From Tubulanus polymorphus (Eukaryota; Animalia; Nemertea), in NCBI RefSeq assembly GCF_964204645.1, contig NC_134029.1:1302001-1366000 (forward strand): a DNA stretch of 64,000 nucleotides. Direction: 5' to 3'. The notes under the pieces were generated by a model. The model saw only the letters and a program-made list of their open reading frames with translations. It did no database searches and was not told the DNA's origin. Numbering within the stretch: the first letter of the stretch is position 1; each line of letters begins with the position of its first letter. Below are positions 41,127-52,500 of this stretch, in pieces. The translations under genes and the position numbers were made by a program.

Positions 41127-43568
41127 GGGATTTTATCTTATTACCTGATTCAAAACTCCCAGTCAGGTTTTGACCCACAACTGAAAACCCGGGCCCTGTA
41201 ATGCTATCGCTTTCAATCGTTTAAACTAAAGCCCTAGGTATTGACATCTTTGAATATATTGGAAAGTATTATCATGTACAATGTATTTTCAGTAAAATTG
41301 GATACCTGACTGAATACACGTGCGACGAGTAAAACACGCAATCATAGACGAAACGATGGTCGTATTGAAATACTGAAAGTGTTGTTATATATTTTATAAA
41401 AGTATGATTGTTCAGCGAAACGACAAAATTGAATTGATATCATGTTTCGATAACGTGTCATGTAGAATATTGAACGCTAATTGTTGCCATTGTAAAAAGA
41501 GAATATATTTGTCTTACACATGTTTTATTGCTATGAATTATTGTCTATTCATTTGTTCATGAAAATTTATCAAATTCTGCTTGTGTTTTTGTATATAAAT
41601 AAACATGTATGAATACAGTTTATGTCATCCGATTCTTGCGTCTTGATTCAAATTCAATCCTCCGCTGCCAGGGTCTGTGTCATTTGTGTCTCACTGAGGA
41701 GTGTTCTCCGTATTCTGGACAAGTGTTTGCGATGCCGACTAATGGGAGATATGCAGTAGCTGTCAAAGGTTTTATCGCCATTGACGAAATTTATTCAGCA
41801 TAATTTGCCCCAATTGTTTTTTTAATCTTCTGAAAGAGTTTTTTGACCCTGTTGCACTGCCCCAATCCAACCGAATCAACTATATTGTTTAGCACTTGTC
41901 GGGTGGATAAAGTTTTCGACTCACAACCGATGATGGGTTCCCCAACTCACTAGTCGTGTGGGAGACTTACTCCGATCGAAGAAGTTTCAATAGTATCGAA
42001 TAAAAGGATTTGGTTTACGAAAACGAAACTCGATTTTTTAACTTAAACAAATTAGATTTTCGGTTAAAAGTAAGATGGCGGACTACGACTGCTCAATTGT
42101 TTCTGAATGGGATTTACATTTCAAAAATGCACCGCCATCTTAGTTGAGTCGGTGCGCCCTAGCAACCGCTGTTCAAACCGTTTATCGGTTTACTCTAAAC
42201 TGAAACTCGTCTCCTCAGTTCGTCCTCGAATATCTCGACAAGGCGCCGACACGAATACAGACTAATACACAACAAAAGTCAAGATTAGGAAAAATACGAA
42301 ATAATTTTACTAAACTTCATCCATAATTTATTTTTACTTATAACAAAACGTTTTCTTGCCCGTTTCTCGTCGACCACAAAGTTTAATCTATATGAAACAC
42401 GTTATTTACACGCTATACAATCATCAGATATCAATATCGACAATAGTTCAATATTACACGTAAATTCAACGAAACCAGATCCAGTAAAATCTCTGTGTTT
42501 GTATATTCTACGATTGTACATTAATTAAACAACCGTATTTAACTTGAAAACAACAACAACAACAGATCGAAACACGAGAACAGAATTCAAATATGTGTAA
42601 AGATTCCTCTTACGGGAAACATTGCGAAATTTCTCCGCTGAAGACTATATTACGTCGTACTTACATTATCCTTATTAATTACCTGAATTAATGGATTCTG
42701 ACACTTTAAAATGGAATATCGTTGAGATAGATTCTTCAACGAAAGAGACCCTCGATTATAACCTACTCGAGGTGGTGATAGCGAGCGATAGTTTTCTCCC
42801 TTAGACCAGTTACACACTAGTTATAACTCCTTACATTATTCAGTGTTTAACATCAATACTATCATGAATTCCACAGTATTTCAATAAGACTCGACCATTG
42901 AACTAGCAATATTCCTATTCTTGTTGTGCATATGAGAGGCTTTGGAAAATATCACATTTTATTTTGTTTGCTGTCGTTGAGATGTCTGGTCCACCGTCTT
43001 CACAGAAACCGATCTGACTCTCCGATTAGAGCGTACTTTCCACTGGAATTGAACACAGAAAACATTACGGGTTGAGTTTAAATAATTCATGATTCTTAAT
43101 TCTAAGAAATCCCCTTCTCAAAGAATATTCGTGATAGCCCTCCTGACTCATAAATCTCGTCTCAAAATATGATGCTCTGTAATGTTTTTAAGTATACTTT
43201 GTTTAGATTAATCTTATTATATAGATTCTTGTATTGTAAAGTGAAGCCCTCGAATACCAGACTATGCTTCAAATACTCAATTGGTGAACTCAGGAAATTA
43301 GATATTTTCCGTGATACACTTATATTGTGTATGTCTTCACAACTTTATCAGAAATAGTATCGAATCGAGCAGGAAACGACAGAATTGGATTAATAATGAT
43401 AGATAGGTAGAAGTAGAAACAAATCAAGGAGACAAATTGAGAACAGTGGTTTACAAGGCGGTATTGGCCAAATTTGCAAATAATCTATGAGGTATTTTGT
43501 ACTCAATGAAGGCATCTAGTTAATTTGTCGATTGCGAAATGAGAGTGTTTTGTGCGATTGCGACTGTC

Positions 43569-46500
43569 TCAGAAAACACAGACCAGAAGTAAAAACTGAT
43601 CTGATATTTGATATTTGTACCTGGGTATAGGAACTCGATCGTCGTATAAAGTCGGGGCTTGTAGTATGATACCCATAGTTCCGACGACACAAGCTGTAGT
43701 AAATATCCATAAGAACAATCGATCGAGCACCATCGCAACGTACTTCCAGTCTTCTTTTATCTAAAATAAATCCGATCTCTAAAATCATTCTAAACCACAT
43801 AGAAATGTGAGACGATCGCCCAATCAAAACCAGTCACGGTGACCAGATACGCCTCCACTGTGAGGTTATTTGGTAGGCGCACATTTTGGGACATTTGTAC
43901 CCATCACGTGGAATCCCCTCCCAAACCCCAACCCTAATCCCAGCAGCATTCAAAGGAGATCTCAAAACTGTTTTTTTAAGTTATAACCCGTTTCTGACAA
44001 CAGTTCTACTAATTTACAAGGCGATATACGAAAGCATAAGCCTTATTCTATCCGACCCAGACCCCACGTGTCTAAAATGCGTATCCAAAAAATTATACCA
44101 CTGACATCATGAGTATTGTGCACGCATGCGCTTGGTGCAGTGACGCTTTACTAAAGCTGAAAATGAATTCATTACAAGGAAAATGATTCAATATGTTATG
44201 AGGCAAAATGCTTCGTAAAACTCTAGTGAAAAATAAAATTCATGTTTAGTTTTAATGCAATATGAAGTAATTGGTTTTGATTGTTATGAACAAACCTGTG
44301 ATTCGTCATCTTCGTTCTTCAGATGATCAGCTACAAAGCGAACACCATCAACTGCCCTCTGTACCGAGCTAGAATACGGTCTCTGTCGCAGTCCCGGGTT
44401 CTCGGGATCGTGACCCAGTAGATCTTCACTGCTTCTCATTCTAAACGCGCTGTGCGAGTCGTAGTTTATTCCACCCGATGCTGATTTACTGTTATCGCCG
44501 TACGACTCACGAATCTCTACCCCGTTACAGGTGCGAACCATGACCTTCGGTGACTTGTCCTTCTCTGTATTCGGGCGTCGCATGAGCAGTAACCGGGGTA
44601 GAATGTTCAGAAACACTTTGCGCACCCAGGGTGACATCGTGTGCGTCGACGGCGATCTAAAGTGTACGTTTAGCACGACGACAGTCACGATAATAGACAA
44701 CGTGACCAATATCATCGTGAACAGTAGATACTTCCCTATCAACGGTACGACTAGTGACGTCGGCGGAATGATTTCAGCCAACAACAGGAAGAACACAGTC
44801 AGTGAAAGCAGAATGGAAATACACAAAGTAATCTTCTCGCCACTGTCAGACGGAAGATAAAATACGAGTACCGTCAAAAACGAGATGGCCACGCAGGGTA
44901 TGATCAGGTTAACCGTGTAGAATAAGGTCATTCTTCTCATTGTGATGTTGAATGTAATGTCCGGATAGGGTTCTTTACAGCACGGGTAATACTTTTCATT
45001 ACGTTTCGCCGGAGCGTCGAGAACGTCCCACTCGACGCTACGATAAAACTCTTCCATATCGATTCCATCGCTGATCACTACATTTCCCTTCTGGTCGTCT
45101 CGACCGATCTGTTTTTTATGCTTCAAATCGACCTGAAATCCGTCGTACGTCCACGAACCAAACTTCATGGCGCATTTCTGTTCGTCGAAAGGGAAAAACT
45201 CGACGTTTATCGTGCACGAACTCTTATAAATAGCCGGAGGTACCCATTCTACCGTTCCGTCCATGTTTAACGTAGCTTTAGTCATCAACGTCACTTCGTA
45301 GTTTCCATCAGCGCTGAAAATATGACGAACATCGGTCCGGTTTGAGACGGTGGCCGGGAACAGCAGGTCACGTGTTGATGTGTCTGATTAGACAAATATA
45401 ACACATGCAAGATGGTAGAGATTATTGAGGGGGGAACTTTTAAACGACATTTAGTGATGTATCGTGTAGGGTTTAAATATCGCCGTGTCATAGTTATGAT
45501 TGTATTATCAAAATGAAGCAACATGGTTCTGTGCTTTAAGGGGGTAGGGTAGGGTCGGGAGAGGGTTGGATTTCATTTATTTAGGCATCAATTTTTTCTC
45601 TTAATATACATTTCATCTAGACATATTTATGGCTCGCAGTTTAAGCGATCATGAATTGAGGTAATGTTTACCATCACACATGAAATCTTTTGGCAAAAAT
45701 CATCATCAAAATTTGGTAATTGATGCTCAGTAAGCCGAGATAGGTAAACATAGTATTTGAATTCTTGATAACTAGTGCGTTGTATTGTTATTTTGTTATA
45801 GAGCGGTATGAAATTAGTAGTAGTTAGATAGATATTAGTAAAACAAACCACACGAGGTAGTTAAGATTGATTAAGGTGCATTTACATTCAGAGATTAGAC
45901 AGATATGGGGGGGGGGGGTGGGATGAGTGTTGCATGCTTATGAAAGGTCATACTGGAACCGCCGAGAACTAGAATATAATCTCAATTGTATCTACTAAGA
46001 TATTTGCCTGAAATTTGCCTGATGGAATTTGTTTGATAATCGGAATATCTTTGATATATGCTCTTAATTTTGAAGTTTTTTGATTTATTCGTTTCATCTA
46101 GGATTTTGAAGGTTTTGGTAAGTGGGCCTAGGTAAAGGTAGGTCACAAACATTGTAGTGATAGAGAAAGTGATGTCCATAAATGGGATATTCACACAAGG
46201 AGAGACGTCGGATGAAGGATGCGATCAGTGGAATTAGACACCATGCAGTAGCGTCCTCTATCGGGCAGTAAAACGGAAATTACGTATGTCTACTTCCACT
46301 CTGCTTTCACAGTTATAGCGATCTCGAGAGAGAAAGGGTTAACACTGAAATTGAGAATTCGCGGTTAGCGACAGCAGTGCGCCTATTGAATATAGTGTGT
46401 TACTAAATAGAAAGATTATAACATTAGGCAATATATGATATTTCAAACAGTTTGAAAGTGAGTTAAAATAGATACGGATAAATAATTCGAAAAATTTGTG

Positions 46501-49500
46501 GTAAGCGGCGTATTAACATTCAAATGGGTTTTCTGCTCAGGAGGTTATCATGATGAAATATACAGGACTCAGTTCCACGGTTCGTGGTTGAATTTGACTC
46601 TTGTTTGAGTTTAATTAGTTTATTTCCGATCTCTTGACCCTAGAATTATAACTCATAACTACTGTGGAAATGAATCCTGGATAGTAAAATTCAAATACAT
46701 AAATTCTTATGCGAGATTAGTTTTTGAAAATCTATTCTGATCGAAGCGATTTCGGTGAAGAAAGTTCTTTTGAAATTAAAAGAAAAGTTATTAACTGTAC
46801 TCTCTATACACAGGTAGATAGATAAATGAAAGACCTAAGAGCGAAATGAATGCGATATGGCTGATGCGAAGCTTTAAGTTTCAAAAAGCACAAATCTTCG
46901 TCTGGAAATTCGAGTTATAATCTTTAATGTAGAATTAGATCTCGAAACTTTCTAAGTTTAAATTCATGCTTTTCGAACTACGTCAGTTACGAGTTAGTAC
47001 TGTGATAATGATAATGGTAATGATCCTGAAAAGTAAGAATTTTTTAATACGTTTTAGGTATCAGCGATGTACGTACTTATTATACAATACAATATCAGGT
47101 AACCAGATCTCCTCCGACGGAACGTAAAGACGTCTGACATTTCCGTATTCTTTCGGGTTCCATCTCAATTTATAATCCTTCCAAATCTGAAACGAGAGAT
47201 AAACATTTCATTTCAGACACAGTTTTCCATATTTCATGACGTAGGTTACGATGATTAATCTGAACTTTTTCGCCCTTTCTGTCCATAGGGAATAAATATC
47301 ATTAGTTTTTGACGTATGAAAACAAACGTTTTATGCCCTGATAATAGTTTATCGCAATAAGAAACACTTTGAAGAAGACTTTCACTACAAACAAAGATAC
47401 TTCTCAAGAATATCTTACATTAACTTTTGACGACCACGAGCTACTAGAATAATTATATGAATGTAAAACAAAGATTTTATGCCCTGAGTATAGTTTATCG
47501 CAATAGGAAATACCCAAGACTTTCAGTATACAGATAACTCTTTATTACTAACTTCAGATTGCGATGAACAAAAATAAGAATCGTACTATATCTGGGGTGG
47601 TGGGTAGAATTCATTGCGAATGGCTGCCAGCAGGGCTTACGTAGTACAATATGTTGTAGCCGCATTAGTAGAGAATCGAGCTTGTAAAAAACCTTAATTA
47701 TACACGATTTCTGCTGCGGTTAAGCTTATTATCTGGATGACGAGTATCGTGGTTGACCACGCAATTTAGATATATTGGTCGATATGGACTGGTTTCGCGT
47801 GTCTGTGATGGGAACTTAACCAGCCGCAGTAGTCGCACTGCCAGACGCTTAAGTGCATGTCGCAAGAAAATGACACTAATTTACCGCGGAAGCCCCGGCC
47901 AGATTCCTACTGAGATCATAATTGACCAGACTCTGGTCAACATCGCGTCAACAAGCGTCGGCCTTGGTTTTTTATTGCCGGTCAAGTGCTGATTCTTAAC
48001 TCCGGAATTAGTTTTGAATGCGCTGTTGAGCTGTTGTCCAGTGGTGTGCCGGGCTATACGTGCGATCAGACACGATTATCAAGTCTTAGCCTCGACTTAG
48101 ACTAATAGGATATATTCAGGCAATAAATGCCTGTAGTAACGAGGACTCAGTTCCACAGTGAGTTCAGATTTGACTGATGCGACGTTTTCTTTCCGAAATA
48201 TTAAGAACTAACAAAATTTGTATTTGAAATAAAAGCACGGACCGGTTCCACGGTCGTGGTTTAGATTTAAGACCAGTACAAGGCCATTTTAGTTCGATAG
48301 TTAATCTCACAACTTCGCAAACAAATCTTAAGATTCCAGACCACTTTTGGACTCGAGTAACGACTGTGCATAATTAGTGATGTTACTACACAAAACCCTT
48401 TCACTGTCTGCAGCGATGAACTGGTATTTTACCATCTGTGACGGAATTACTGGTGAATGCGATACATAGTCGGGGGGATTACTGGTATAATAGTAGTCAG
48501 GCTCATTAGATAGAGGACAAATACACAGATATCAGAGACTCGAATCCCGAGTACAAAGATCAGTGACATGTAACAGGATAATTATCTACGGGTTAAACAT
48601 CGACCTCAACTGATGATGATGATGATTCGATGAAGTCGCAGCTTAAAGGAAACCGAGTCAGAGAAACTCTTACTCTGTGAAAACGATACTCCGAACCAAT
48701 ATCATATTTTTGCAATCCTCCGAAACTGACGTGCGCGGTCACTTTTATTCTTCTCAACATACAATGTTATGATTTCATTGTTGATATTTCCATAAAAATT
48801 GAAATGTTTGTATCCACGGATTTCAGCGAATAACGTTCAGATTTTGTTTAGAAAATCTATAGCAATAAACATAGAAAATAACGTATTTTATCACGTAATA
48901 CACATTTGTTAGCGTCGATTGTGTTTCGAGTTGGTTTTCGATTTTTCTTTGTAGAAAATCTAGAGAAATTTGATGTAATAAACTAAAATCGATGGCTGTG
49001 TATTGGTATTCGATGTATGGATGGGTTAACGTTGTCAATTGAACCGGTTACTAATCAATTCGTCAATGGTCCAAATAGCGAGAATTCGTTAAGGCTTTTA
49101 TCGACCCAATGAAATTAATCTTCTTTTGTCGATATTTTGCCTGCGAGAAAATGCAATTTATTCTGAACGCTGAAAATTCCACGCGTTCGTCAGATCGCGC
49201 TCAGATGCGTGCGACTTAGTTAGCTATATCTGATTCTGCGATTTACAAAATAAATTTAGCTCGTTCTAAGATCGAAGAGACTCTTTTTCCTCACGCGCTC
49301 CCCGAATTTTTAAATTCGATTTCGTCATATTTTTTTCTCATGCATAAGAAAAAATATGAGTAATGTGAATTTTTCATGCACGTAAATCATAACACACGTA
49401 ACGAGACAAACAATAAATTTAGAATGCAGCTTGGACTCAGTCCTGGTTTTAGTGGTTGTATCCACTGTGCTCTACAGTCATATGAGTTAACCTAACCTAA

Positions 49501-52500
49501 TTAAGGTTCTCAGTGAAAATGTAGTCATCTTCCTTTTGATGAAATTACCTCGAAGCAAAATGTGAATAGAAATTATGCGGTTCTATCCGCGATTAGGCCT
49601 ATCACAAGTGGAAGAGGGATTTCTGTCGAAGGTTCAAATTCGGGGCGAATGATATTTCTGAAATAAACACCAGACAAACATCGCGTAATTAACCGTTTTA
49701 TATTTCAGAGTCTCAGTATTTTCTGATATGTCCTTTAAATGAACTGATCTACCAGTGTTGTATCTGCCGTATCCGTCTATCCTTTCAATGTTCATTATAG
49801 GTGGGATTTCTTCTCATAACAACTCTCCAGTAAACTATGAGTAAAGCTTCTCCTGCGACACTGTTTGTCTCTTTGTAAATTGCTTAATAGGACTGAAGTC
49901 TTTCTTTCACAAAGACGACGAAGAAACCTTTGATGTTTTCTCTGGTCTTTGATGTTGAAAACTTGAACAACAGCAAACAGTTAAAACTGTACTTTTACTG
50001 ACTCTATTCTGATATTTGAAAATAGGTTTGTAATTTACATTCAATAAGGTGAATCACGAACCGATGTTTTCTCGTCTTTGATGTTGTAAATCTTGCAGTT
50101 CCGTAGTCTGTAGTTTGTGTAATTCCGGCCTTATTTCAACTCAATTACCAGAAATCTTCCCGGTTTTTTCGACTATAAAGCCGGGTGTAGGTCGGCCTTG
50201 CGACGCGATGCGATCGTCGCGTGGCGTCGCAAGTGGGGACATAAGTCGGTTGCACGCGATTATCGGCGACTGTGTGCGACTAGTTGCGATCGTCGCAGTG
50301 AATCGCGTCGCAATGAGTCGCAAGCCGTCGCAAGGCCGACCTACGCCCGCCTTTAGATTCAGAAATTGAGCAATTGAGAATAGGATTTTGACGTACACAT
50401 TCAGAGGAAAACTGTGAAGCAAAGCTTGTGAGAAATGTAGTGTTTCGACGCAGGTTGGGGGAATAAATGAAAGCGGTTCTCTCTCTGTGTTTTTTTTTTT
50501 CGTGACTCGTGATTCGGTTGAGTCACTGTGGACTGTGTAGGACTATGCGACGCAACGTCTAAAGACGCTTTCGCCTGGGAAATCAAATAAAGCCCTGATA
50601 TAAAAGATGATGTTTGTTCTGTAGAAACCGAAGTGTTTGTCGAACGCAGTCGTTGATTGCGATCTACGATGATTGCCGATTGATTTCGTCTCGTTAAAGA
50701 AATATACAGTTATTTTCGCCCAATCTCTGAACGACGGTAAAACCTAGAGAAAATACCCAGATTCACCAGATTCACCAGATTCACCTAGACATCGATGGTT
50801 GATATACGGGAAACTTCTGAACGATACAGAAAATGTCGGCACAACACGATGATGACCATTGATGAAACACTCGCATTGTGATGATATGAAATCCTATACT
50901 AACAATGAAAAATAAAGTACAAAAGTTCCCTTAAGTCTACTCAACGTTTCGACTTTATCTTGATAGTCATCCACAGTACGACGATTGAAGACGACTGTTA
51001 GGATACAGTCCAAACGTCAAATACACTCTAGTCCAAGATAAGATTGTCTTTTTCTTTTGAAGGACTTTATGAAATCGACGATACTTACTTGTGGAAGCCA
51101 AACATTTGTCGTCATAATCTGGTTTTTCTCATCCTGAAAAATACGAATGAAAACGAAATTGTTGATAACATCTAAAATGGAAATAGAAAAATTCGGGATA
51201 ATTCCGTGTTTTCTCATTTGGAGATTCATGGAAATTAAGAAGTGTTTGGATCACGGATCACTAGTCGACCCTGATCTACTAGTTCTCGAATTCACGCTCA
51301 TTCGCCTTCATCAATTAATCAATTGCGGGATTCGATCGTACAGAGAAACCGCGTGAAGCTGATGAATATCAACCGCGATCCAATCGTCCATAAACTACTG
51401 GGTCCAGCGTCACGTACGATCACAAACTAAAACCCGACTGTACACACACCAGGCTTACTCATCGAGTACAGACGATTTGAATATATCGGTGAAACACTCT
51501 CCGACTGAATACTTTCCTTGAGCTTATATAGTTTATTCGATGTTTCAAAGCAATCTTACAGTTATCTTCGGGAATTCATTATTCCTGACAGTATTGTTGG
51601 AAATGACTTATAGGATACAGTGGAAACGTTGAATGAACAGCTACATGGCTAAAGGAAACATTTCTGAGACTATTCTTCACGTTATTTAAGCGAGATTTTA
51701 TATTACTGAATACAAAATCATATTATCTTTGAATATCTTCTCTAAAGGATTTGTTTAATAAATATTTATATTCCCTCGTCATTAGATGCGGTAGAACTGG
51801 AATATTCAGATGTGTATTGAATGCAGTCTATGTAAAGCTGTTTGATTGTGAGAATCTCTGATAACGAGGCCGTCGATTCGGATTCTGCCCGAAATGGCTT
51901 TGATTGAATTGAATTAATTATTAATTTACATGTAACCCCGGCGGCATCGGGGGCGACGTCATCAGCAGAGGCGAAAGAGAAATATTGAATAAATACAAGC
52001 AATTTGCCGCTGGGATTGCTTTAATGAACGTCTCTACAATCTGAATGTATTCATACTCTACAATTCCTTCAAAATAAGAACCCAATTAATTGATTTAGAA
52101 ATGATGTATTTGCAAGACTCTTCTGAATTGTAGAATGTGAATTCTACGGTCACTTGGTTTTAAAAAGACTTTGTCACAAATCAGCCGAATTGAGCTTCAC
52201 TCGATACATCACGGTGACGTCACGCTATAATGATTGACTATCAGTTGTAAAGGTGGAATAACTGCGCAGACCTATGGCCGAACGGGTCAGCCGATTGGCT
52301 TCGGGATCGCTGGTCAGAGATCGAGCCTCGCGGGCCACCGCAACACATACACATGTAAATAATATCATAGGTTTCTGTACATTAGGTTAGCTAAGGCTAA
52401 TTAGTTTTTTTAATACAATTTCTAATTCATCATAATTCATTTTTCAAATAGAGTCGTAGCTAAGTCGTGGTTGAAAGTAATATCTTATATTTTGGATAAG

